Assembly (NCBI GenBank): GCA_964584965.1
Contig: CAZPBM010000068.1
Span: forward strand, 2,660 to 66,659
Direction: 5' to 3'
DNA from: an uncultured Candidatus Bathyarchaeia archaeon
GTDB taxonomy: Archaea > Thermoproteota > Bathyarchaeia > Bathyarchaeales > DTEX01
Length of the DNA: 64,000 nucleotides
The position numbers and the translations under genes are program-made. The notes below the pieces were generated by a model. The model did not search any database. It was not told the origin of the DNA and worked only from the letters and a program-made list of their open reading frames with translations. Shown piece after piece: positions 9,716 through 18,149 of this stretch (positions within the stretch are counted from its first letter, which is position 1; each line of letters starts with the position of its first letter).

Positions 9716-10290
9716 GGCGAAAAGCTGCCTACTCGTTAAAGACTAAACGGGCAGCGCAGTTGCTTTTCTTTAGAAGACACTGGGAACCAGGGGTCAAAGG
9801 CTGGGAGCTAAGGCGTCGAATAGGCTCTGACTATCCAAGGGTCATAAGCCTCCTGAACGACTACCTAGACAGGCTTGGGCTCATGGTCAAAACTGTTTTC
9901 GAAGAAGAGGCAAACCCTCCTGAAAACCCAACCCTTGACCAGCTGGACAAGGCAAGGTTCTACGTGGCGTTGAAAGAAACCCAATCTGCTGGCGAACAGA
10001 AGCTCGTAGGCTGGCGGATCGACGATCTCGCTGGACTAGCTGTTTCGCTCGGATACATAATCTCACAAGGCGGAAAAGCCTCACGAAAAGATGTTGAGGA
10101 CGTTTTACGAGAGAAATTACCTGGGTGGAGAATCGACTTGAACCTTAACCGTTACTTGAGAGCTGGATATCTTGTCGAGGACGAGAATGGACAGCTGTTT
10201 CTAGGGTGGCGGACGAGAGCGGAAGTTGATCAAAGAAAATTCGTCGACCTTCTTCTTAGGGCCTCGGAATCGAAGCCTCAAGGAAAATAA
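9691..10290 (+). CDS. tandem winged-helix kite-like protein (ScpB / MAGE-Nse3-like)
   Basis: The ATG lies 25 nt inside the preceding gene, with GAGGAG at 9677-9682. Two winged-helix-like modules are present: AAQLLFFRRHWEPGVKGWELRRRIG...LNDYLDRLGLMV and LAVSLGYIISQGGKASRKDVEDVL...YLRAGYLVEDENGQLFLGWRTRAE. The call is pattern-level only. Confidence 0.5.
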   Translation: MATKPGTLRRKAAYSLKTKRAAQLLFFRRHWEPGVKGWELRRRIGSDYPRVISLLNDYLDRLGLMVKTVFEEEANPPENPTLDQLDKARFYVALKETQSAGEQKLVGWRIDDLAGLAVSLGYIISQGGKASRKDVEDVLREKLPGWRIDLNLNRYLRAGYLVEDENGQLFLGWRTRAEVDQRKFVDLLLRASESKPQGK

Positions 10291-10292
10291 GG

Positions 10293-10306
10293 CTTGCATA
10301 TGCAAG
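10293..10306. terminator. perfect 14-nt palindrome CTTGCATATGCAAG filling the 16-nt gap between convergent stop codons
   Basis: Read directly from the sequence. The element sits between TAA 10288-10290 (+) and the stop at 10307-10309 (-). Any role as a terminator or as a protein-binding site is inferred. Confidence 0.3.
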
Positions 10307-11581
10307 TTAACGGGCGAGGTTTCCAAGCACGTCGAACTGCATTTCTCGCGGTTCATCAACGATCGTCAACGTTTTCTGAAGTTCTGGACTGGCCTTAACC
10401 TCTTCATAGAGAGTTTCTGAAATCCACATTCGCTCAAGCTGCATCGTGTTCTTTATTCGAACAATCTTTGCCCTTTCCGTGTCAATTACTCCACACGTGT
10501 GAAGGGCGATAGTTATCGCGTCTCGGTCTGTTGGCATAAAAACCGGCGTCTTCGCGCATATGGGGTGACCGCTTGTTAAGGCGTTCACGAATGTAGCTTG
10601 GTAATCAATCTTGGATACTAGCCTCTGAGTGGTTATGTCCGCTAAGCCCATGCCTATTGCGTTTCCATGCGTTTCCTCAGAAAGGTCGAGGACAACGATT
10701 GACCGAATGTTAGGAGACAATGGATCAACTTCGCCAGGAAGCCAGAACCTTCCGACAACGTTTGTGTCCATGCCTGCTCCGCTGATGTTTTTGCCGATCT
10801 CGTCGATTATCAGCACATCGATGTCTTTGAAAGGTATTCTTGCAAGAAGCGCCTTTGCCTTTTTCAAAAGCTCTTTTTCTTCACTTTCGATGTCCTTAGG
10901 TTCGAAGGCTTTCACGATCGCAATCTCATGATAAGCGTTCTCAACAATAGCAAGGCCGAGAATTATGGGAGCTTTTTTCATTATTAGCCTCGCCGCTTCG
11001 GGAATCAATTTATGGTATCCTTCAGACTTGTAGCGGTGAATCATCTCTGCCCCTTTTTGTTTTCCAAGCCCAATGACCATCATCTTCATCAAACCACTTT
11101 CTATTTCGCCTTTAAAATCGGTGTGAGGCTTCACGCGCCCAACAATGATGATGCCGTCAGCTTTCAAGGCATTTCGATCAACATAAACAGGGCTTCCGTT
11201 ACTCAGTTCTCCTATCTGGTCAACCTCCATCGTCGCACGGATTGGCGCCCTAACAGTTTCAGCCGTAACTCCTAGTTCCTTCAGAATAGTAACTTGACCC
11301 TCTGTCGAGGCTCCTCCATGGCTACCCATGGCTGGGATAAGGAAAGGGTTCCCACCAGCCCTTTTTACTTCTTCAACTACCGTTGCCAATATTTCTGCGT
11401 AGTGAGCGACTCCTCGACTGCCAGCAGTAATAGCAATTTCTGAGCTTGGTTTAATTTTACTGGCTAAACCAATTTTTTTTAGTTCTTTTCTGATTTCGGA
11501 AACAAAATCGTTAAGCTTTGGTGCGGGAATTTTTTGATGAATTTCGGCCATTTTTGGAAGTTCAATTTTTGGAAACGACAT
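10307..11581 (-). CDS. LarA-like / DUF2088-type (nickel-pincer isomerase-related) domain protein, uncertain
   Basis: The 424 aa ORF contains ITAGSRGV...IPAMGSHGGASTEGQ...VKPHTDF...GLGKQKGA. I recall this pattern from proteins annotated as lactate-racemase-domain-containing. It lacks the canonical LarA SDxTRP motif. Confidence 0.4.
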   Translation of the reverse strand: MSFPKIELPKMAEIHQKIPAPKLNDFVSEIRKELKKIGLASKIKPSSEIAITAGSRGVAHYAEILATVVEEVKRAGGNPFLIPAMGSHGGASTEGQVTILKELGVTAETVRAPIRATMEVDQIGELSNGSPVYVDRNALKADGIIIVGRVKPHTDFKGEIESGLMKMMVIGLGKQKGAEMIHRYKSEGYHKLIPEAARLIMKKAPIILGLAIVENAYHEIAIVKAFEPKDIESEEKELLKKAKALLARIPFKDIDVLIIDEIGKNISGAGMDTNVVGRFWLPGEVDPLSPNIRSIVVLDLSEETHGNAIGMGLADITTQRLVSKIDYQATFVNALTSGHPICAKTPVFMPTDRDAITIALHTCGVIDTERAKIVRIKNTMQLERMWISETLYEEVKASPELQKTLTIVDEPREMQFDVLGNLAR

Positions 11582-11703
11582 GGTTAAACGCCTTGTAATG
11601 GGTAAATCTTAGGATGTTAAAATATTTTTTGAGCTATGCTGCACTGCGATGCATCAGAGCAACTTATAAGCCACTTTTCACGATAGACTTTTTATAACGC
11701 TTT

Positions 11704-13677
11704 ATGTTCGAAGTGAAAAACGTGACGTACGTCTCAAGCAATCCGTTTGGCGAATTTCGAAACCAATGCAGCACGATACTACGAACAACCATGCAAGAAG
11801 CCTTTCCAGATACAACGCTGCCTACCTTAAGCCTTAGCATCCCACCAAATCCTGAGTTTGGTGAGCTAAGCTCTTCAATCTGTTTCGAGTTGTCAAAGTT
11901 ATTAAAGAAAAGTCCTCTTGATTTGGCAAAGCAGATTGCGGCAAAGGCTGAGCTTAAAAAGTCTTCATTCAATTTGGTATCTGCTGTTAAGGCTGAAGGG
12001 CAGGGATATATCAACTTTTATGTTAACTTGGCTGAGTTAGTTCGTTTAACAGTTGAGTCAGCAAGATCTTTGAACACAGGTTATGGTTATGTCAAGACTG
12101 AGAGACCTCAAAGAATCATTGTTGAACACACAAGCGCCAATCCCATTCATCCTATTCACATAGGGACTTCCAGAAACACTATCCTCGGAGACACGTTGTC
12201 GCGTATGCTCGAAGCTAGAGGGCATACTGTGTCGAGGCACTACTACATCGACGATGTAGGGCGACAATCAGCGGTCATAGCATATGGATATACCCTTCTT
12301 GGAAAGCCGAAACCAGATGGAAAACCAGACCACTTCGTTGGCGCAGTGTACGCTGTTACGAGCTGTCTGCTGGAGATTCGAAAACTTAAAGAAACACTCG
12401 AAAAAGCTGAACCCATCTCTGAAGAAGCTGTTAGTCTCAGGAAAAACTTGGACGAGTGGGTCTCGGTTGCAGCTGAACTTGAACAGAAATTCCCGAACCT
12501 GTTCAATGCTCTGCTCGAAAAAATAAGCAAAGACAAAAATCCAGAGCTTAAAGTCAGTCAATTGCTTAGGGAATACGAGGAGGAAAAAGAAGAAGCTAAA
12601 AACATCATACGCACGCTTTCACAACTGTGCCTAGAAGGGTTCAAGCAGACCTTTGCGAGAGCAGGTGTTTCCGTCGATTCTTGGGACTGGGAAAGCAATT
12701 TTGTGTGGAACAGCGACGTCAGTCGGACTCTTGAGACGTTAAAGAGGACTCCATTTGTCGTTAATGAAAACGGAGTTTACGAATTTAATGCTGAAAAGGT
12801 GGCGCAAACACTTAACCTTAAGAAAGTTTTCAATTTGAAAGAAAATCAAGAAATTCCTTCCTTAACTTTGGGTAGAGCGGATGGCACGACATTGTATACG
12901 ACGAGAGATATTCCCTACAGCATATGGAAGCTCAAACAGGCAGACATGGTTATTAACGTGATTGGGATGGAGCAAACGCTTTCTCAGTTGCAGCTAAAGA
13001 TAGCTCTTTGCGCTTTAGGGCACACAGAAAAGGCAAAAAACCTCATTCACTTCTCGTACAATCTTGTAAGCTTCCCAGGGCAAAAAATTTCTGGCCGAAG
13101 GGGACGTTACGTAACTTTCGACGAGGTCATGGAGGAGTCCGTAGCAAGAGCCTACGAAGAGGTTTCAAAGCGGTCTCCTTCCTTGCCTGAAGAATCCAAA
13201 CGTGCAATCGCAGAGGCGGTTGGTGTAGGCGCAGTTAAGTATGCTCTGGTGGAAACGGATCCTCAGAAACACGTGGTCTTCACATGGGATAAGGTTCTGA
13301 ATTTTGAAACGAACAGTGCACCGTATATTCAATATTCTCATGCAAGAGCGTGCAACATACTGAAAAAAGTTGATTATGAACCTAGAAATGCGGATATGCT
13401 GTTACTGAAGGACCCGCTAGAACGCGACCTTGTGCTTGCCGTTGCCCGTTTTCCAGAATTTTTCGTCGACGCAGCGGACAATCTGAAGCCAAGCTTGATA
13501 GCTGAGTACCTAAATTCTCTTGCAGACAAATTCAACGCCTTCTATGCATCGTTACCTGTAATTAAGGCGGAGACACCGGAGTTAAGCAGCGCACGGCTGA
13601 TGGTCGTTGACGCTGTTAGAATCACACTCCGCAACGCATTAAATCTAATTGGAATTGAAGCCCCTGAACGCATGTAA
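11704..13677 (+). CDS. argS: arginine--tRNA ligase
   Basis: The ORF contains VEHTSANPIHPIHIGTSRN (a class I HIGH-type motif), the ArgRS-typical YYIDDVGRQ, and a C-terminal anticodon-binding DALR-like region. Confidence 0.9.
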   Translation: MFEVKNVTYVSSNPFGEFRNQCSTILRTTMQEAFPDTTLPTLSLSIPPNPEFGELSSSICFELSKLLKKSPLDLAKQIAAKAELKKSSFNLVSAVKAEGQGYINFYVNLAELVRLTVESARSLNTGYGYVKTERPQRIIVEHTSANPIHPIHIGTSRNTILGDTLSRMLEARGHTVSRHYYIDDVGRQSAVIAYGYTLLGKPKPDGKPDHFVGAVYAVTSCLLEIRKLKETLEKAEPISEEAVSLRKNLDEWVSVAAELEQKFPNLFNALLEKISKDKNPELKVSQLLREYEEEKEEAKNIIRTLSQLCLEGFKQTFARAGVSVDSWDWESNFVWNSDVSRTLETLKRTPFVVNENGVYEFNAEKVAQTLNLKKVFNLKENQEIPSLTLGRADGTTLYTTRDIPYSIWKLKQADMVINVIGMEQTLSQLQLKIALCALGHTEKAKNLIHFSYNLVSFPGQKISGRRGRYVTFDEVMEESVARAYEEVSKRSPSLPEESKRAIAEAVGVGAVKYALVETDPQKHVVFTWDKVLNFETNSAPYIQYSHARACNILKKVDYEPRNADMLLLKDPLERDLVLAVARFPEFFVDAADNLKPSLIAEYLNSLADKFNAFYASLPVIKAETPELSSARLMVVDAVRITLRNALNLIGIEAPERM

Positions 13678-13692
13678 TTTTTTTCAAAAAAA
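13678..13692. terminator. bidirectional oligo-T terminator T7-C-A7 between convergent argS and rps19
   Basis: The sequence TTTTTTTCAAAAAAA starts immediately after the argS TAA and lies 24 nt from the uS19 stop. Archaeal RNA polymerase terminates at oligo-T tracts, and this element presents a T7 run on both strands. Confidence 0.55.
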
Positions 13693-13715
13693 GGAATCTA
13701 AACAGCAAGAATTTC

Positions 13716-14123
13716 CTATTTTAGTGGAACGTACATGCTGCTTCGGCTTGCGCCGATCCCAGGAGTCCCATGCTTCACAGGCTTGTTTGTTATAGCAAAC
13801 TCGCCTAGGTAGTGTCCAACCATTTCAGGTGTTATTGTGACTGGTATAAATTCCTTGCCATTGTGAACATGAATTGTTACGCCTATCATCTCAGGTAGAA
13901 TCACCATGTCTCGTGCGTGAGTCTTGACTGGTTTAGTTGCTTCTCCGCGTTCAGCCTGTTCCTTTGCTTCACGGATTCTTTCAAGAAGCTTTCTTTGTTC
14001 TAAGCTTAAACCTCGCTGTAGACTTCTTCTTTGCCTTGAAGGAAGTAGATTAATGAAGTCGTCCATCGACAAGTTTTGAAGCTTCTCTAAGGTGAATCCG
14101 CGATACATGAATTCTTTAGGCAA
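13716..14123 (-). CDS. rps19: 30S ribosomal protein S19 (uS19)
   Basis: The ORF contains [42 protein letters not shown], and it sits downstream of uL2. Confidence 0.9.
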   Translation of the reverse strand: MPKEFMYRGFTLEKLQNLSMDDFINLLPSRQRRSLQRGLSLEQRKLLERIREAKEQAERGEATKPVKTHARDMVILPEMIGVTIHVHNGKEFIPVTITPEMVGHYLGEFAITNKPVKHGTPGIGASRSSMYVPLK

Positions 14124-14182
14124 TCAACCACCAACTCAACTGAAACGGGTTTACCATTTAAACGTTACTAAAGTTTGTAATT

Positions 14183-14908
14183 CTACTTTTTCTTTTGCCC
14201 TGCTCTTCTAGCAGCGATAAGTCCGACTTTCCTTCCAGGTGGTGTTCGATGGGAAACTGTTGTAACCTTTCGTCCCCCTCTTCTGCCTCCTCCATACGGG
14301 TGAACGGCTGCTATCATCGCTCTTCCCCGCGTTCTTGGATATTTATGCCCCTTTGCCTTCATGTAATAGTACTTAGCTCCAGCTTTTAAGAATGGCTTCT
14401 CAACTCTTCCAGCTCCAGAAACGACGCCGACAGTTGCAAGGCACAAGTCGTTAACGTAAATGTTTTTTCCCGAAGGCATCCTCAGCACAGTTCCATCAGG
14501 CGTGTGAGACACAATGGTCGCGAACGAACCTGAAGAACGCGCAAGTTTTCCGCCGTCTCCAGGGGACAACTCGATGTTACAAACCGTTGTTCCTTCAGGC
14601 AATTTTCCAACTGGAACAACATTTCCAATTCTTACTGATGCTTTAGAGCCAACCTCTACGTCTTGGCCTTCGTAGACCCCTTCTGGAACAATCGAATAGT
14701 AGGTTTCGCCGTCATCAAGCTTGATTAAGGCAAGAGGCGAACCTCTGCCTGGATCGTGAACAAGCTGTTGGATTTGGCCAGTAATAACGGTTGACCTCTT
14801 TTCCTTTTGTAGAGATGGATATCTCGCAGGAGCAATCCGCTTGTGTGTCGCAGCTTGGAAGGTTTTTGAGCCTCTTCCCCGCCTTTGTACACGAATTCTT
14901 TTACCCAT
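14183..14908 (-). CDS. rpl2: 50S ribosomal protein L2 (uL2)
   Basis: The ORF contains MGKRIRVQRRGRG...GNVVPVG..PEGT.VCNIE..PGDGGKLARSSG...VHPYGGG. Confidence 0.95.
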   Translation of the reverse strand: MGKRIRVQRRGRGSKTFQAATHKRIAPARYPSLQKEKRSTVITGQIQQLVHDPGRGSPLALIKLDDGETYYSIVPEGVYEGQDVEVGSKASVRIGNVVPVGKLPEGTTVCNIELSPGDGGKLARSSGSFATIVSHTPDGTVLRMPSGKNIYVNDLCLATVGVVSGAGRVEKPFLKAGAKYYYMKAKGHKYPRTRGRAMIAAVHPYGGGRRGGRKVTTVSHRTPPGRKVGLIAARRAGQKKK

Positions 14909-14924
14909 TTTTCATTTCCCCTTT

Positions 14925-15203
14925 TTATAATAGTCCGAGCTTAATAGCTACATCAGTCGCGCTGTATTCTGGTTGAAGACTAACAAAGGCTTTCTTTTCG
15001 CCCTTGGCTGACTTAGCTATGTTTACGTCTTTAACCTTAACTTGGTAAAGTTCCTCTACAGCTTTTCTTACGTCCCTTTTGGTGGCTTTCATGTTAACTA
15101 TGAAGATTAGCTTGTTCTCACTTTCGATAAGTCGACTAGCAACCTCAGTCATCATGGGATATAAAATAACCTCTTCTGATTTCAGTATCTTAGTCCCCTC
15201 CAC
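14925..15203 (-). CDS. rpl23: 50S ribosomal protein L23 (uL23)
   Basis: The ORF contains NKLIFIVNMKATKRDVRKAVEELYQVKVKDVN. It lies between uL4 and uL2 and overlaps the uL4 end by 14 nt. Confidence 0.85.
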   Translation of the reverse strand: MEGTKILKSEEVILYPMMTEVASRLIESENKLIFIVNMKATKRDVRKAVEELYQVKVKDVNIAKSAKGEKKAFVSLQPEYSATDVAIKLGLL

Positions 15204-15984
15204 TAAGAGTTCGAAGTTTTTCTATGCTGTCTCTCGTCCAAATCGTAAGCCGCCCAGAATGTGTACCAGGGGCAAGCAACTCAGCGTTCAAGCTATTAAC
15301 ATGAGCAACATCGACTCCTGGAAAGTTACTCGCAGCCTTGACAATGCCATCGTCAGAGTTAATTACTATTAAGGGACCCACAGCCTGTTTTTTCTTTCTA
15401 CCACGCATCTTTCCTTTTCCAGCCCGAACCCTAATGCTTTCTTTCACTCTATAAACATCTGGCCAAACACCTAAGTTCATCAAGGCGGACTTCAAATCTT
15501 TTGCTTTCTTCACGCTTTGTAAATCCTCCGTGACGACTAAAGGGAAATCTGGAACATCGTCAACAATGTGTCCCCTCGCTTTCACGTTTTCTTTATTGCC
15601 AGTTGCAGCAATAGCGGAGAAAAGCGCAAACTGTTTCTCCTTCTTAGTGATTTTCTTGATTATCTTCTTTTTAGAAACAGGCGGATGAGCAGCCCTACCT
15701 CCAACCGTTCCAGGAGCAAACGCGGCAGTCCTCATTTCCTTAAGTCTTGGAACCCTTGACATGCCACGGTTCACCCCCCAAGATTCTGCTACAGTTCGTT
15801 TGCCAGCCATCTCGTCTCTTCCTTGGGGCTGAATTCTGTGAGATTGTATAGAGACCACTGCCCTTCGAATTATGTCTGGTCTAAGAGGCATGTTAAAAAC
15901 TTCTGGAAGCTTGATTTTGCCTGTGCTTTTGCCTTCAAGGTTAAAAACTTTAGAAGATCCCTTACTCATATTTTGCTCCTCCAT
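15190..15984 (-). CDS. rpl4: 50S ribosomal protein L4 (uL4)
   Basis: The ORF contains RPDIIRRAVVSIQSHRIQPQGRD..AGKRT.AESWG.GRG.SRVPR. Its ATG abuts the uL3 stop. Confidence 0.9.
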   Translation of the reverse strand: MEEQNMSKGSSKVFNLEGKSTGKIKLPEVFNMPLRPDIIRRAVVSIQSHRIQPQGRDEMAGKRTVAESWGVNRGMSRVPRLKEMRTAAFAPGTVGGRAAHPPVSKKKIIKKITKKEKQFALFSAIAATGNKENVKARGHIVDDVPDFPLVVTEDLQSVKKAKDLKSALMNLGVWPDVYRVKESIRVRAGKGKMRGRKKKQAVGPLIVINSDDGIVKAASNFPGVDVAHVNSLNAELLAPGTHSGRLTIWTRDSIEKLRTLSGGD

Positions 15985-16995
15985 TTAGACGCCTTGAAGC
16001 GAATCAAGGCTTACATAGGAGAACTGCGGAGAACTTAAGCTGGTTCCCTTGGGAGGCCTTGATGCATACCTTAGTCTTATAAGCCGTTTTGCAGGTCCTG
16101 CGACGCTTCCTTTTAACATTATGTAGGTGTTTCTAACTGGACCATACCTTAGAAATCCGCCTTTAGGTGTAACTTCGTCGCCATTTTTGCCGATTTTCAA
16201 AATACGTTTGTTAAACTCGGTTCTTTGGTGGTATCCCATCTGACCAGACCTTGGAACAGTATAGAGAACTCTTGCTGGAATCCAAGGACCTAATGTGGCA
16301 ATGCCTCGCTTTGTTTTGTTTCCTTTATGTTGAAGGATAGCTACGTGCCACCTTCTAACTACTCCTTGCCAACCTTTCCCCTTGCTTACAGAAACTGTGT
16401 CTATAAACTGACCTTCTTTAAAGACCTCCTCAGCTTGAATTGTTTTTCCCAGAATTTTTTCCACATAACCAAATTGGTCCTTAATTGTGGCACCCCCAAC
16501 CTTGATTTCCATGACGTCAGGCTTCTTTTTGGGAACTCCAGTCAGCCTAGGTTGTGTTGCAGCTAATACGCGGAACTCGACAATTTTGTCGAGGTTTTCT
16601 TCAATCTTTTTTAGGCCTTCATCAGCCTTAACCCCTCGTGGAACTCCTTTGATTCTTTCAAAATCTTTTGGAAGAGAGTCAGCCCATACTTCTGTTAAGG
16701 TTTTTAATCCGCTGCTGTCCTTGGTATAAGCCCTTAATGCACAAATGGTCATAGGAGGCGTCTCAATAATTGTTACTGGGGATGCAATTTCTTTGCCAAA
16801 ATTTGGTGAACGCTGCCTGTCTTCAACTATGAAGACGTATGACATGCCAGCCTTATAGCCAGCAAAGCCCAGTAAAACAGGACCTTCTTTAACCTCGGGC
16901 CAGTATCTTATCCTTCCATTAGGGTGAGAAGCACGTCCCCTAGGTAGATAAGCCAAGGAACCATGTTTAGGTGCATGTTGTTTTCTATGGCCCAT
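15985..16995 (-). CDS. rpl3: 50S ribosomal protein L3 (uL3)
   Basis: The ORF contains MGHRKQHAPKHGSLAYLPRGRA...GKGWQGVVRRW, an archaeal uL3 pattern. Confidence 0.95.
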   Translation of the reverse strand: MGHRKQHAPKHGSLAYLPRGRASHPNGRIRYWPEVKEGPVLLGFAGYKAGMSYVFIVEDRQRSPNFGKEIASPVTIIETPPMTICALRAYTKDSSGLKTLTEVWADSLPKDFERIKGVPRGVKADEGLKKIEENLDKIVEFRVLAATQPRLTGVPKKKPDVMEIKVGGATIKDQFGYVEKILGKTIQAEEVFKEGQFIDTVSVSKGKGWQGVVRRWHVAILQHKGNKTKRGIATLGPWIPARVLYTVPRSGQMGYHQRTEFNKRILKIGKNGDEVTPKGGFLRYGPVRNTYIMLKGSVAGPAKRLIRLRYASRPPKGTSLSSPQFSYVSLDSLQGV

Positions 16996-17063
16996 CGGTT
17001 TAACCCCTTTTTATGTGTGTCTTAACTTTGCCTTTTAAGTCACTTTGAATGTGGCAACTCTCA

Positions 17064-17088
17064 ACATATAAAAGGCATAATATAAACG
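17064..17088 (-). promoter_or_regulatory. candidate TATA boxes upstream of the uL3 operon
   Basis: The minus strand reads CGTTTATATTATGCCTTTTATATG about 70-95 nt upstream of the uL3 ATG. An AAGGGG Shine-Dalgarno-like element lies just before the ATG. The transcription start site is unknown. Confidence 0.35.
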
Positions 17089-17208
17089 TTTATGACTTAA
17101 ATCTATCCGCAAAATTGTCGCATCAAATTTTCTGCGTTTCCTGAACTTAGGTTGTCTTCTCAACAAATAAAGGATACCGGTCAGACAGGTTATTGAAACT
17201 TTCACTTC

Positions 17209-17568
17209 TCATATTTCTTTTTCATTTAAAATGCTTTTAAGAACCTCTCTCACTGGCTTCTCAAATAGCTCTCGTAGGTTGTTCAAAAGTTTTGTTCCTT
17301 CTTCTGTTATTGAGTAATACTTAATCCGTTTTCGACCTTTTTGTACCCATCTTCCTGTGATGAGATTCTTGTTCTCTAACTCGTACAAAAGTGGATAAAT
17401 AACGCCTGAGCTAAAATCTCTCTCAGTTAACCTTTTCATCTCCCTAACCATCTTATATCCTGACATGGATTTCTGACTTATAAGCCAGAGGATAATGGCC
17501 CTGCTGAAGCCTCTAATAGTTGCTTTTACGAAGTCTTCCTCCACATCAGTCAACAGATAAGCCTCCAT
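17209..17568 (-). CDS. PadR-family transcriptional regulator
   Basis: The ORF contains ILWLISQKSMSGYKMVREMK...SSGVIYPLLYELENKNLITGRWVQKGRKRIKYYSITEEGTKLL. Confidence 0.8.
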   Translation of the reverse strand: MEAYLLTDVEEDFVKATIRGFSRAIILWLISQKSMSGYKMVREMKRLTERDFSSGVIYPLLYELENKNLITGRWVQKGRKRIKYYSITEEGTKLLNNLRELFEKPVREVLKSILNEKEI

Positions 17569-17686
17569 TACTAGTTTTAATAATGAGATATGAAGATTTT
17601 ATGCTTTAATTATATTCCAAATCATCAGAGATATCGAAAAGCTGATATATTATACCTCAATGTTTTATTTTTTTTGAGAATAACCT

Positions 17687-18007
17687 ATGGTTACAGTCAT
17701 CGAATCCTTTGTTCAAGGTCTTGAAAGACCAATCATTCTGTGGCTTCTCAACCAAAAACCTATGCACGGATACGGTTTAATAAAAGAGCTGAAGGGGTTA
17801 ACTGGAAAAAAGCAGAAACCCAGCATGATATACCCTTTTCTCCACTGGCTGGAAGATAATGGATTTGCAGAGGGCAAATGGGTAGAAGAAGATGGGCGAA
17901 ACATAAGATGTTACTCATTAACAGAAAGAGGAAAAATTCTCCTCAAATGGACATGCAATCTCTTAAAAAGACCTCTTAAGGAAATCTTAACAGACTTTCT
18001 GGCTTGA
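17687..18007 (+). CDS. PadR-family transcriptional regulator (paralog, divergent)
   Basis: The ORF contains ILWLLNQKPMHGYGLIKELK...PSMIYPFLHWLEDNGFAEGKWVEEDGRNIRCYSLTERGKILL. Confidence 0.8.
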   Translation: MVTVIESFVQGLERPIILWLLNQKPMHGYGLIKELKGLTGKKQKPSMIYPFLHWLEDNGFAEGKWVEEDGRNIRCYSLTERGKILLKWTCNLLKRPLKEILTDFLA

Positions 18008-18149
18008 AAAGGAAATGCGTGCCTTTTTCTCTTAGAACATTTAGTCTTTAGCGTAGTGTTCGCGGAACCTATTAATCAAAAACACCTATCTATTTTCTTA
18101 CCAAAATATTAATATATCAAAATTTAAATGTTTTAAAAATCGTAATAAT

